Source of the DNA: Chrysomallon squamiferum
Taxonomy: Eukaryota > Animalia > Mollusca
NCBI GenBank assembly: GCA_012295275.1
Contig: CM022667.1
Span: forward strand, 9,858,001 to 9,922,000
Direction of reading: 5' to 3'
Length of the DNA stretch: 64,000 nt
In this document: in pieces, positions 32,551 to 47,212 of the stretch
Layout: each line of letters opens with the position of its first letter
How positions within the stretch are numbered: the stretch's first letter is position 1
The notes under the pieces: model-generated
Database searches by the model: none
What the model was told of the DNA's origin: nothing
What the model saw: only the letters and a program-made list of their open reading frames with translations
Position numbers and translations under genes: made by a program

Positions 32551-35216
32551 GATATGATAAGTTTTCTGTGGATACACCTACATACACACTTATTATGCAT
32601 GCACATCGGAGCATACAGAAATATGTGTCAGTCTTACTAATTTTGTAAAATTCATTATCATTACTATGTTTATTTTTCTTTAAATTAGTTTATATCTACA
32701 GGAAACTCAAGTATTCCCTAAAAAGAAACTTTTCCGGTTTTCATGGAAGATGCTGGAACATTGCAGAATAATAATAACTTAGTAACTGGAAATTCTGTTA
32801 CCATGGTTTCATTGAATTATTATTATTACAAATTTTCATATCGTTTTGTAACTGAATATTTTTTTAACCTTGACTTTCCCAATATTGTTTGTATTGAAAT
32901 CTGAACAGTGGTTTTCATGTAATTAATTTATATTCAGTTTTTATTTAGTTAAATGTTATATTTCAGATTTAATTTAATATTGTATTTTTAAATTTAATTA
33001 AATATTACGTTTTGTATTTAGGTTAATGTTGTAGTTTCAAATTTAATTAAATATTGAATTTTTTATTTAGTTAATATTGTCATTTTAAATTTAGTTAAAT
33101 GTTACATTTGTTTTATTTAGTTTAACATAACAGTTTTGAATTAAGTTAACTATTTTGTTTTTCGGGCAGGATAGGCTGCATAACAATTAACCGTGTAGAA
33201 ATTATTTTCTTTCCGTTTTTCTTGTCCACTTATTGTTTCTAATTAACCAGATCTACCGATGACGTCATAGTGCTACTTGGTACCCGCTGTTGTGACGTGG
33301 GATTCTGAAAACACTTAGAAACGCGGTAAAATCTGAACGAGCTGGCAGTTGCTGGTATGTAACAAATAACTGAACATAAAATCAACGCACACAATCTGGG
33401 GCAGGTCGGGCCGGGGTATATTGGGCCACACCCCAATAGTGAGAATACACCAAAAGAAGGGCTATCGAAGTCAGGTCCCAATAGATGTCTTGAAATGCAC
33501 TGAGGAGAATGCTATAGAGGGAACAATCGCTACAAACGTATTTTCTGAACGAGACGCTAAGACGTGCTACCCAGAAAAGGTTTTCAGGTCAAAGCTGTAA
33601 GACATTTTCATCTTTCTTTCATCATATGATTTTAAGCTGTTGTTTTTTTAAATTTGTATTAAACCGACCAATAGAAAAGACAAACACGCTGGCAAGCGCT
33701 GACAAAGGTACAGTCACGCTGAAATACTACCACCGTTCCTATTAGTGATACTGCCCTCATTATTAATATTGCTAATAATGACAAGATCGATGACGACAAA
33801 TATATTAATAAAGAAAACAGCGATGTTTAGAACATATATATATATATATATATATATCAAACAAAATGAAAAATAACGAAAGTGAACTTTTATACTAATT
33901 TAATAATAACATGGTACAGTGTTTAGCACAAATAACAAACCTGAAAGTTGTTTGCATTTCAAACAATTTGTGACAAGAAAAAAGTTTTTCACGTGCTGTC
34001 TAGGATAACCGATGTTTCGTGCTGTTTCAAATATTTCTTTAAGAAGATTTTGACTCCTGTTGAAGATGATCAAACAGTTTTCCTTTGTAGTTTTTTCTTC
34101 GTTTCACACAAACGCAAAAGTAAAAAACTAAATTCGTCACTGAAATGTTCCCTTTATTGTTTTCATAGTCACCGTCAGAAAACAAGAGCGATGAGCGAAT
34201 GAAATAACACTAATTTCTTCTTTTGTTTAACTCCAAGTATAAATTAAAATATTTTGAAACTTGGAAAAACAAATAATGTAACAAATAAAATAAAATATCG
34301 GTAAGAAAAAATATTAATAAAACCTAAGAAAGGTAATAAAATAGAAAAATAATTATATAAAATAAAATAAATATAAAATTAAGAACAAAAACAAAATAAT
34401 AATTATAAGAAACCCAGAAAAATTATAAATTAGTTTCCATTGAATACTTCTAAAGCATTTCTCTCACATTTCCTCTTATTCAGAAAACAGAACTGAAACC
34501 CGCTGTGGTTAGAGAATCCCACATTTTCCTCTGTGGCTTGAAACAGAATTTTCTGCCCTTCATTCTCAGACTGGAAGTCCATCTTGAAAGAAGCTGGGAA
34601 CACGATAGACATGTTTATATCTTGACTTACGTTAGTTAACAACGGCGTAGATTTTTACAATACTAAATCAAACAGGTGACTGCCCTTATATAACTAAATT
34701 TATAAAATGTGTCGGAAAGAAAACATTTCCTGAATCACCACTGACAACAGCGTGATATTTTAACATGTTCTGCGCATGCATGAGAGAAAAGATCTGATTA
34801 TTTGTACATCTGATGTCGAACTGAACAGTTAAAACACACCCAGATTTTTCCGTTTTTGTGTAAGTTACAAATCATTCCAGTGATGGTGAATTAGGATCCA
34901 CTGATATTTTTGGGTACGAAGGCTTTTACAAATCTCTTTCTATGTTTCTCGTGGTTTTTAGTGGGGATTTTTTTTTTCGTGTTTTTTTCCTTTTTTTTGT
35001 TTTCTTTTTTTTTTTTTTTATTTTATTATTATTATTTTTTCAATTTTAGTTTATTATTTTTTTTTTTTTTTCTGCAAGTGTTAATAGTCATTAGGCTGAA
35101 TGAAACAGGAATCCGTTGATTAAATTTCAAGACCATGAGGAGATCATTTGAAATGCCCCCTCCCCAACGGATATAAGTAAAATAAATAAAAACGTGATCA
35201 AGGTGCAGTCGAAACA

Positions 35217-35277
<61 letters not shown>

Positions 35278-36997
35278 GCATGAAGAAGAAGAAGAAGAAA
35301 GGTCATGTTTTAAAACTGCAAGAATACCAAAAGAAGATTTAAGCTTTAACCTTCAATTCGCTTGTCATAAATTTCTTTAGGTTCCTGGTTGAAGTAGCCT
35401 TTGAGAGAGAAATGATTCTGTTGTTGGAATTAAAACTTAAATTCTTATCTGTTTATACATTTTATAGTTTTAGTAAGACATCTTGTATCTCAGCCTTCCC
35501 ACAGACAGGAAAGCAGACTTTAATAAAAGTCTGACGTTAGTTGGCTGGAATGGGAAATTACCCGACTAGTTGTTTGTGTAGAATTGAACTTGCAATTCAC
35601 TGACCCTCAGCCTAGCACTGTAACATCTGAAATATAGCCAACTTCTAGATCGTCTGACCATTGCATACTTTTTTTCTTTTGTTTTTTTTCCATTTTCTTT
35701 AGTAACAGTTAGTTTGTTTGAATTTTTCCTTTCTCTGTTTTCTTTCTTGCTTTAATTATGTAACATTATGTTTCTGGATGATTTAATGATAACCTGGTCA
35801 TCATCTCTGCTGATGTGTTTTTGTAAAGAGCCTCGAGGACCTGCAGGACGCTGACTACAGTCAGTATCCATGGAGATTCTTTTCTTTGTAATACAAATTC
35901 TTACTAAGCAACTGAAAAATCACAGGTGCTGACACTTTTACGTCTTTTGTTTTAACAAAAATAAATAAATATAGAATTTAATAACAGAATAACAGAAATG
36001 TAACAAACACATTTTTATAAAATCTGAAGTATATTATATGCCTTGTATGGTTATGAGTTTCTTCAACTTTTAGTAAACTAGAGAAGGATGGCCTTTGATG
36101 AAATGTCTTTTTTACATAAATTAAAGACTGGAGAAATTAAAGACTTTGACTTTTAATCCCTACAGATAAATGTTTTTTGGATTCCTTGAAAATTAATTCT
36201 CTCTGCCTCACTCTCAACCTTAAAAGGAAAACGTTTCGAAAAAACCCCCCAAAAAAAAAAAAAAAAAAAAAAATAAAAAAATAATAAAAATATATATATT
36301 AAAGCATATAAATCAACATTTAAGCACACAGAAAAAAAATACATAAACACACAAACAACACATGAACACACCCACAAACAACATATCAACATGCACACAA
36401 ACACACACAGATACACACATACAAAATTACATTTATCATCTCTACTGAGCACTAGATGTCTGTTGATAAATCCATTTTAATTACTATTCTTTTTGTAATA
36501 CTTTAAGAATTCTATTGTTTTACTTTTCACTCAAAACACTCTACAGTTTTTAAATATTTTATTGTTTAATGAAACAGGTAAAGTTTTATTCTTCTTCAGT
36601 CACAAATGTTTATTATTTATGTAATAAAAATACATGAAAGAAAAGATCTGATTGTTTGTACATCTGATGTCGAACTGAACAGTTAAAACAGATACCCAGA
36701 TTTTCCCGTTTTTGTGTAAGTTACAAATCATTCCAGTGATGGTTAATTAGGATCCACTGATATTTTTGGGTACGAAGGCTTTTACAAATCTCTTTCTATG
36801 TTTCTTGGTGTGTTTTTTTTTTTTTTTTTTACTTTATTATTATTATTTTTTCTGAAATTGTTAACAGTCATTAGGCTGAATGAAAGAGGAATCCATTGAT
36901 TAAATTTCAAAACCATGAGGAGATCATTTGAAATGTCCCCTTCCCAACGGATAGAAATAAATAAATAAATAAATAAAAACGTGATCAAGGTGCACTC

Positions 36998-37051
<54 letters not shown>

Positions 37052-37982
37052 AAGAAGAAGAAGAAGAAGAAGAAGAAGAAAGGTCATCTTTTAAAACTGC
37101 AAGAATACCAAAAGAAGATTTAAGCTTTAACCTTCAATTCGCTTGTCATAAATTTCTTTCGGTTTGTGGTTGAAAGAAGCCTGTTACAGAGAACTGTCTG
37201 AAGTAGCCTTTGAGAGAGAAATGATTCTGTTGTTGGAATTAAAACTTAAATTCTTATCTGTTTATACATTTTAAAGTTTTAGTAAGACATCTTGTATCTC
37301 AGCCTTCCCACTGACAGGAAAGCAGACTTTGATGAAAAAAAAAGGATCAGGTTAGCAGGCTGGAATGGGAAATTACCTGGCCGGTGGATGACGTAGAATT
37401 GAACAGATAACCGTAACAATATATACTTCATGTTTTATTTATTTTTTTATTATTATTATTCTTTCTTTAATAATTATTACTTTGTTTCTATTCTTGCTTT
37501 CTCAATTTTCTTTCTTGCTTTAATTATATATTTCCTCTTTTCGCGAATAAAGCATATTTCATGAAATAGTAATTAAGTGAAAAAGAAGGAAAGAATGATA
37601 ATAGAAAATTGAAAATACATTAATTTATGACTAACACTGATTTTGGTGGATTCTTTTATTAAATTGTTTTTAAGATTTCTTTTGCTCAGGAAACAAATTT
37701 TGTCAGCTCAGTGTCTGGTCTCATGAGTATTATGTCTGCGTAACTGTCGGCTGTCATGTCCTGTATCTACGGCAACAAAAGTGTTGTTTGGTTATCTTTC
37801 ATAACTGAATTATCGAACCTTATGAATATAACGTTTGAAAACAAAAATTATTGTTGCTTGGTTACCAGACTGAAAAAGACTTTATTTGTTTGACCGAATA
37901 AGGAAAGGAGAAATAATTATTTCAGAGATTACTGCCTCTTTTCATTTATTGCCTTATAATGATTTTAAACATCAAATTAACG

Positions 37983-38022
<40 letters not shown>

Positions 38023-38024
38023 TT

Positions 38025-38370
38025 TCGATTCGGCAAAATGATTAGAATGGTGCGAAAGGGAACAAACTTCATTCTGGGAGATTGGCATCGGTCATATTTA
38101 TTTGACCCATTCATTGATCCTGAAGAAGGATTGTCCACCTCAGTTTGAACACTGTCAGTGTACTCTGACACAGCGACACATTTTGTTGGAGTGCGATCAT
38201 CTTAGGCAGATACGGAAGGATATATCTGGTCAAATAAATGTGATGAAATCATTTCTGTTCCACCCTGAACTTGTCTTAGACACTTTGAGAGTTAGAGAAT
38301 TTTACCATCAGTTTTAATTTAAATGACGAATCATTCTTGCATTTTGCACAGTTCTTTACACTGTGTTTTG
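38025..38370 (+). mobile_element. 3' fragment of an I-group non-LTR retrotransposon ORF2 (C-terminal Cys/His domain)
   Basis: Reads ..NKLHS / GDW / IGHIYLTHSLILKKDCPPQFEHCQCTLTQRHILLEC..FHPEL..EFYHQF*, matching the RIGHxxLTH..PPxCxxCxxxLTVxHILxxC motif. It has internal deletions and a stop. Confidence 0.8.
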
Positions 38371-38423
38371 ACTAATTTTGAATATATATATATATAAATA
38401 AAAACGTGATCAAGGTGCACTCG

Positions 38424-38472
<49 letters not shown>

Positions 38473-39419
38473 AAGAAGAAGAAGAAGAAGAAGAAGAAGA
38501 AGAAGAAGAAAGGTCATCTTTTAAAACTGCAAGAATACCAAAAGAAGATTTAAGCTTTAACCTTCAATTCGCTTGTCATAAATTTCTTTCGGTTTGTGGT
38601 TGAAAGAAGCCTGTTACAGAGAACTGTCTGAAGTAGCCTTTGAGAGAGAAATGATTCTGTTGTTGGAATTAAAACTTAAATTTTTATCTGTTTATACATT
38701 TTAAAGTTTTAGTAAGACATCTTGTATCTCAGCCTTCCCACTGACAGGAAAGCAGACTTTGATGAAAAAAAAAGGATCAGGTTAGCAGGCTGGAATGGGA
38801 AATTACCTGGCCGGTGGATGACGTAGAATTGAACAGATAACCGTAACAATATATACTTCATGTTTTATTCATTTTTTTATTATTATTATTCTTTCTTTAA
38901 TAATTATTACTTTGTTTCTATTCTTGCTTTCTCAATTTTCTTTCTTGCTTTAATTATATATTTCCTCTTTTCGCGAATAAAGCATATTTCATGAAATAGT
39001 AATTAAGTGAAAAAGAAGGAAAGAATGATAATAGAAAATTGAAAATACATTAATTTATGACTAACACTGATTTTGGTGGATTCTTTTATTAAATTGTTTT
39101 TAAGATTTCTTTTGCTCAGGAAACAAATTTTGTCAGCTCAGTGTCTGGTCTCATGAGTATAAAACTTATGTCTGCGTAACTGTCGGCTGTCATGTCCTGT
39201 ATCTACGGCAACAAAAGTGTTGTTTGGTTATCTTTCATAACTGAATTATCGAACCTTATGAATATAACGTTTGAAAACAAAAATTATTGTTGCTTGGTTA
39301 CCAGACTGAAAAAGACTTTATTTGTTTGACCGAATAAGGAAAGGAGAAATAATTATTTCAGAGATTACTGCCTCTTTTCATTTATTGCCTTATAATGATT
39401 TTAAACATCAAATTAACGA

Positions 39420-39457
<38 letters not shown>

Positions 39458-39458
<1 letters not shown>

Positions 39459-39805
39459 CGATTCGGCAAAATGATTAGAATGGTGCGAAAGGGAACAAAC
39501 TTCATTCTGGGAGATTGGCATCGGTCATATTTATTTGACCCATTCATTGATCCTGAAGAAGGATTGTCCACCTCAGTTTGAACACTGTCAGTGTACTCTG
39601 ACACTGCGACACATTTTGTTGGAGTGCGATCATCTTAGGCAGATACGGAAGGATATATCTGGTCAAATAAATGTGATGAAATCATTTCTGTTCCACCCTG
39701 AACTTGTCTTAGACATTTTTGAGAGTTAGAGAATTTTACCATCAATTTTAATTTAAATGACGAATCATTCTTGCATTTTGCACAGCTCTTTACACTCTGT
39801 TTTGA
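39458..39805 (+). mobile_element. Second copy of the I-group LINE fragment
   Basis: Duplicate of 38025-38370 with an extra frameshift near 39715. Confidence 0.8.
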
Positions 39806-41308
39806 TTAATTTTGAATGTTTGTGTTTGTATATATGTATATATAAAGTAATTACCATTTTGTTATATGTACGTTTGTTTGACACCCAAAAGACGTTATGT
39901 TTTTCGTGTATGAACTTAATTAGGTCATAAATCAGAAATGTTTGAAAAACAAAATAAATAAAAAATAAGAAGTTTTTAAATTCAATTTTCTAAGTGTTTC
40001 TAGTTTTTGCGCGTACTGGAATTACTATGTTGTGGTAATTAATATTTTGAACATTTTCTATTTGTACAAATTACTATTTTTAATACGACTGAATGATAGC
40101 CAAAAATGTATATTAAACAATTTATAAAAGGTCCTGTTTATGGTGACTGTGTATATATTATTTCTACCACATACGTACGATTATGTAAATGTATATTTAT
40201 TAGAGTTTATCTGTACCTATACTTGTTAGGTGTGTATGTGTGTGTGAGTGTGTGTTTTAATTGCAGTACATAATAATAATAATTCATACAAAAAATTAGT
40301 AATGGAATGATTTGCTCATTATAGTTCAAATCGGTAGCAATATAAAATGATAGTTGTTTTTTTCCCTTAAAGCTCATATTTAAACTCAGATAATTCCAAC
40401 GAAATAACAATAATAAACAAACAAACAAACAATTAAATAAATAAATAAATAACAAAGAAGTATGTTGCCTTGTCACTGAATGTTTTATTACGTTAACTCA
40501 AATGTATGAGAAAACATGCACAGACACACAAAAACGGTTAATTAACTGAATTTTAAAGTTATATTTGTTTGCTGCGTCTCTAAGTCACCCCCAGTTTTAA
40601 AATGTGGAAAAATATCAAGGACAAATAACTGACGTACACTGACGTTGTTTAAATTCATATCAGTTTTGACTTCGCAAGAATATCAAGAACGGTAACTCTG
40701 GGTGAAATCTTTCCGCACAGTCGGGAAACTGCAGTATCGTTACATATTTATTTCATTACATTTTACAGTTTGGTTTGATTAAAAACGGGTTTTCGCAAAA
40801 TAATGAGAAAGAATCAGAGATTAATCAACGGTAACCACTGACCAAAAAACCCGATTATTTGAAAGTTTAAAAATGACACGTTTAACAGCATGTCAGTGTG
40901 TTACGTTACTTTATTTGACATCAAATATACGATATTGAACAAAGTCAATACTAACGCACTGTTGCTACAGCAGTAAACTAAGTATATTCTGTATGTAACT
41001 CCTGAGCACATTCAGCTACATAGATTCTGAATGGCAAATCCCCAGCTCGCCAGCCACGCTGTGTTTTTCTGCATTCTTTTGTAGCGTTCTTCAACATTAC
41101 GGCGATAATCTCTTCATGTGGGTCAAATCGAAATCTGCTCTGTTTAAAGTGTGCGTACACTGCGCGGGGGACGGTGACAATCGTTACCCAGTCGACAGCA
41201 GCTGCAGCGCCACGGAACGCAGGATCAAATCCAGATACAGAAAGAAGCAGGATGGCATCTGGTGCGTGCTTTCGCCCATAGGAGAGACAGACAGACAGAT
41301 AGACGGAC

Positions 41309-41388
<80 letters not shown>

Positions 41389-41418
41389 TGCGAACTGTTA
41401 TATCCGTATATCTGTGAG

Positions 41419-41449
<31 letters not shown>

Positions 41450-41453
41450 TGTA

Positions 41454-41502
<49 letters not shown>

Positions 41503-41777
41503 TTTCCTGAGCAAAAGAAATCTTAAAAACAATTTAATAAAAGAATTCACCAAAATCAGTGTTAATCATAAATTAATGTATTTTCAATTTTCTGTTATTA
41601 TTCTTTCCTTCTTTTTCACTTAATTATTATTTCATTAAAACTGCTTTATTCGCGAAATGGCATATATATATATATGTATTTATCCCTTTTGTTTATTCTT
41701 TAATCTTCTTCTTCCTACTCTCGTTCTTTCTTCTGACCTCACCTTCTTAAGTATCAGCGATTCCGAATCGTTAATTA

Positions 41778-41992
41778 AAACCCGGATGTTGCGCCATCTT
41801 TACAACATGACCCATAAATCTCTCACGTATATTGATTTTGAGATTTTTTGGGGAACTGGGTCAGATTAGTGTTGAAACGTTTTACCTATAAACCGTGAGT
41901 TCACGCCAGTGTCACGAATACTGAACTGCGTTAAACCTTATTTTAAGAACGATAACTTCACGTAATATACTGAGATATATTAACAATAATAA
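41778..41992 (+). repeat. Left arm of a ~215-bp inverted repeat
   Basis: Reverse complement of 47213-47427 (aaacccggatgttgcgc...gagatatattaacaataat). Confidence 0.9.
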
Positions 41993-43370
41993 ATAAAAAT
42001 TCAAAATAATAAAATCAAATTTAATAATAATAAGAAGAAGATAAATAAAATAAAATAAGTAAGTAAGTAGATAAAAGTTAAAAAGATAATTATTTCTTAC
42101 TAATTAAAGAAAATATTTTATAATGTTACTGTTTTAACAGGGATTCCTGCGTGGACTGTGAATTCTGCGAATTTGGTTGTCATCGTACGAATAGACCATA
42201 AAATACTTGTATTAAAAAAAACACTGGATTAATATTTGATATGAATGAATGTTTCGTATTGTCCTGGACTAGAGAATTAACTTCTCTTATATGTCAAATG
42301 TAAGTATTTCGGAGACGAAAATATATTTAAATAAGTTTCAGTACTTACAAACTGAATATGATGTCAGAAATGTTAAACGTAATATTACTTGACAACGACC
42401 CAGTTTTGAATTCTACTCTGATTTAATTATCTGGATTTAATTTTTATGAAAGGTAAGCACAGTTCTGTTGAATATATGAGGTGTTCATTATAAATTAAAT
42501 AATAAAATAAATTAAAAAAAATTTAAATTTTAAATCCCATATCACATATCATTTATAATTGTAAAATAATTAGGAAATAATTATATACAACTGTACATGC
42601 ATGCGAGTGTACCTGTGTATGAGATTGTCTGTCTGCTTACAAGACCAATCACAAATTCGTTAGGCTGCATATTACTGAAAAAGGACCAAACTTAAAGTAT
42701 TATTCAGCAATATTTTATTTAATATTCGTCTGCTGACGAAGCCCATAATAATTGTTAACGTTATTCGTTAAAATTTCTTATGCGCTTTCACTGTTTCAAT
42801 TCTATCTTTCATTTATTTTCTGCCGTATTCCCACATTCATTCATTTAGTCCCTTTGGACGTTCGCGTGTTCATTCATCCTTTCACTCACTCGTTTAATGA
42901 TTAATTTTCCTCAGTTCGAAGTCGTTCGGTAACACACGCACATTTGTAACGCAACCTACCTGCAGGAAAGCAGCATCGCTGGCACGTGCAAAGCGGATCG
43001 TCTGATTTACAATGGATGAATCAGACGTCGTTTTCGTCGACTTGATGTTGTTGCGTGCATCGATTTCGAAACGAACACTTGCGTCTCGAGTTTAATTTCT
43101 TTTCAAACTTTATTATTTAAGTCTGCTGAGAAGCTGAGAGAAAAAAGCGCTCACTGCTGCACTGAATTTCCAACTTTAACAGGGAGGTACTCATTTTTTT
43201 TACTTACTGTTATTTTGTTTTAATAGTAGTAATAGTAGTAGTAGTAGTAGTATCATCAGCAGTATTACTGGTTTTGGTATTAATTTTATTGTTGTTGTTA
43301 ATGTTATTATCATTTTCATTATTGTTGTTGTGATTATTTTTTATTATTAGGGGTAGTGGTACTTAAAGAC

Positions 43371-43374
<4 letters not shown>

Positions 43375-43450
<76 letters not shown>

Positions 43451-43545
43451 GTATCTCTCTGTATTTTTCTCTCTCTCTGTATATCTCTGTATCTCTCTCT
43501 CTCTCTCTCCCTGTATCTCTCTGTATTTTTCTCTCTCTCTGTATA

Positions 43546-43628
<83 letters not shown>
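43375..43628. repeat. (CT)n microsatellite complex, representative of many (CA)n, (GA)n, (TA)n, (AAT)n and (TATG)n tracts
   Basis: Read directly from the sequence. Confidence 0.95.
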
Positions 43629-43631
<3 letters not shown>

Positions 43632-44744
43632 AACATACAGTGATGGAAATGTTTTTTTTTAGAAAATACAGGTGCGCTATGATTAGCGAGGTTCAGGTTA
43701 AGAAGGGTGTAGACGTTTTCTGTTAACTTGAAATGCAGTTTGCTATTGTGGGAATTAACAGAAAAAGGTTTTAAGTATCTATTATCTTTACCAACTGGGG
43801 CAACTTCTAATTTAAAAAAAACAAAAACAAGATCGTACTAAAAGCTATCAATTCATTAAATAAAGATTGTCTTTTCGATTTTACATAAGACACCTTGAAA
43901 CATGTGTTGTTTATGAGAGCTGATTAAAATAAACAAGTGTATATGAGTGTGTGTGTGTATATACCCACTTGTATATTTTAATCAGCTCTCATACATATAA
44001 TATAGTTTTGCTAGAATCTTGACAAAAGCTAGCAAACAAAGATCTTTGACTGCACCAATGAACAAACGACATAAACTGGATATCAAAAAGCAGGGTATAC
44101 ATGTGTATAAATATATATGTGTGTGTAATGTCGGTATGTAGATGTATATGTACGTGTTGTCCTTCGCACGCTTTCAATAATATGCAATTGATTTTAAAGT
44201 GTAAATATTTACGTGCGACCGACCGCACGTGTTAATGTGCAATGCACAAACAATACTCGGCAAATAAACAAACAAATATTGACAGGTCGAAACGATCCAA
44301 GAATGTGTTAATCGCCTTCCAACGATCTAAAGGTATAACATTACTAATTAAAAGCTTAAGAAATAAATATTTGGTTGTGTGAATGCTTTTAACGGAATCG
44401 TGTTACTTCAAAATCACGTGTACACAGTGCAAAAAAATAAAAAAAAAATAAAAAAAGTAATAAAAAAATCATAATAAAAGGAGTAGCTATAAATTTAAAT
44501 CTCAATCAATTGGCAAGTTGGTTTCAGATATCTAAATAAAATTATTTGTTTTATTCTTAAAATATTTAAATAGTCTTTCAGCCTTATACATATTGTAAGA
44601 CCATACATTTGGTCCACAGTCGTTAAACAAGCAAAGACTGTAATATTACGTGACTTCATACTGTTGTTGTTTTTTACCTTATTTTTTAATTTTAATTTTT
44701 TTTTTTGGGGGGGGGAACAGTGGAACAGGGTCCAGGAGGATGCC

Positions 44745-44791
44745 GGATCCAACCCTATCGGTGGACCTATTGAACTGTTTCTTGTTCCAGC
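44745..44791 (+). mobile_element. Short SINE fragment (B-box region and adjacent core)
   Basis: ggatccaaccctatcggtggacctattgaactgtttcttgttccagc resembles 48390-48430. Confidence 0.45.
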
Positions 44792-45773
44792 GTGTGTAAT
44801 ACATCCTCTGGCGTGTTTCTACATGGCTGATTGATATTTTATTTATTCACGAACATTAATACATGTGTTTGTATTATTTGTCATCCATGAGTGGTTTCCT
44901 TGTTCAACCTGTTTTCAAAATAACAATTGTTGGGGCTAGCGGTAGTACAGGCGGGGGTAATGGTAATTCATCAACAGTCAAGCTGCTTTGTTTTCACGTT
45001 GTCTTCAAATAATCGCTTGTCACGTTTGACAATACAACATGGGTTGAAAGACGTGCTAATAATAATTTTAAAAAACAACAACAACAATATAGTGTGAAGG
45101 CAAAGCTGTTTCCAGTATCACAACTATATAGAGGTTAACTTAGGGCTCAGAAATTTGCCAGTAGTAAAGTACAACAATAAGGTAGCGTTTATGAAGACTG
45201 TTTTTCTCATTCTTAGCGTAATGTGTTGCGCATGACAGTTAAATGCTTAGTTTTTACGCTCGGTTTCTGAACTTCAGTGCTTTGCTAATAATAAAGTTTA
45301 CAAATAAAAGAAAAATGTAGACTTGAAGCGGGTTAGCTTTGTCCGTGTTTTAGACAACAATCGTCAAAGTTATCCCGACTGAGGGCATAAAAGAACCGAG
45401 TAATGGATTATGGAAGACGAATAATTATTTTTGAAACTAAGTTTTCACTCTTTAAATCTGTGTGGATTTTTAGTGTTTTCAGCTGATCTAAAAATATTAT
45501 TTATCTTTATTTCCTAGGAATCGAGATAATTTATTTATTTATTTATTATTTCTGGTGTTACTAAAAAAAATCAATTTAACTGTCGTTCCGTCCATTCTTT
45601 CGTCCAGACTGTTTCGTAGGAATGTCATAATAAATAAATAAATAAATATAAATGAATAAATAAATAAGTAAGTAAGTAAATAAGTTAATAAGTAAATGAA
45701 ATGAACAAAGTGTATTATATTAAGTATATGTAAATGTGTATATATTTTGTGTGTATGTGTGTGTTTGTATGCA

Positions 45774-45809
<36 letters not shown>

Positions 45810-45905
45810 TAATGTGTGTGTGTGTATGTATGTATGTATGTATGTATGTATGTATGTATGTATGTATGTATGTATGTATGTATATGTATGTACATTTCCC
45901 TATTG

Positions 45906-45942
<37 letters not shown>

Positions 45943-47212
45943 CACTACAATTTAACAAAGTATACAAATCATTAAATTTGGGTGGGGGGAAGGTTATGCG
46001 AGCAAAATGTAATTTAAAATCTTACTATTTTTATTTTTTTTTTTTTTTTTTTTTTTTTTATTTTAAATGAAAACTAAATCAATAGTTTTAATAAAGTTAA
46101 ATAATACTGGTAACAGCCGAGATATTTAAAAAAAAAAAAAAAAAAGAATAAATGATAAAAAAACGTTATTATTGTTTATGTTGGCCAGAGTAATTTTGTT
46201 TTTATTATTTTCTTTCTTCCGTTTTCGTTGTTATTTTTATTGCAAATATTTATGCAACGGAACTCGATTCATCCCGACCATGGCACACACAACCCGCCCC
46301 ACCCCCCCCCCCCCCCACCCCTTTTCGAAACGATGGCTTCGCCTCTGCTCTGAGGTAAATTTTCGTATTTTATTGAATAACCAGAGAGTCGTACAGCTGT
46401 GAAATATTTTACGACTCGCTGTCTTAGCTTTCAAAGATTTCTATTCAAAACTATGACAATATTCATTTCAAGTGTTTATGGCCGTAGGCATGATTTACTA
46501 GCCGTATCGATTCCCGTTCGGTTCTCGTCTGGTTCTAGGCTTTTTTCCCGTTCCACCCACTTCATGTCTGTGGCAATGTTAATTTGTTGCGACTGCTCAC
46601 GGCATCGTTTGGTTGCAGTATTGATTCAAGACGCTGCTTTGTGGCTCGTTCTTATCAGAAGACGCATGTTATACATAGACGATCATGCAAGCATGCATGC
46701 ATACGTGTATAAATACATGTGACTGATATCTAATAACTTTCAGTATTAAAATGTATTCAAGTTCGTTCTGTCATTAATCCAGGACGTAATTTATTATTAT
46801 TATTATTATTATTGTTGTTGTTGTTGATTTGTTTATTAAAAATCTGAAATAGATTACATAACAAAGTTTTGCGTTTATGATTTAGATACAAGTTAGGATT
46901 TTAAATGTATTTTAGTCACTGATTAGTTAAGTTAACGACAGATCTTATTATGATATTATTCATTCTTTATTTGCAATATCGTTACTTTTCGTTTTACTTC
47001 GTTGTTACGCGGAATAATTAAAAGGTCACCAGTTAAATGACGTCATTAATTTTATCAGACGAACACTTAAGAGGAACGTGGCATGATTAAGTAAAATTTT
47101 AAAATAAGAAATATCTGCTGTAAGGTAATATTTCAGTTAATACATTTTAATAATTATTTCTGATAAACTGAAAAGAAGAAGACTGCCATCAACAAATGTT
47201 TCATTTTTCTCG

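Larger units (their letters stand above)
14500..37400. repeat. Tandem array of a 3.7-4.8 kb unit (five largely complete units plus a truncated sixth)
   Basis: The marker catctctac recurs near 14580, 18320, 23100, 26890, 31640 and 36440. The same minus-strand ORF ends at 16439, 21015, 24902, 29664 and 34430. Right-hand units are nearly identical; left-hand units are more diverged. Confidence 0.95.
36975..39815. repeat. 1.43-kb tandem duplication (two copies) at the right end of the array
   Basis: About 36975-38400 and 38400-39815 are nearly identical; paired ORFs start at 38102 and 39535. Confidence 0.93.
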
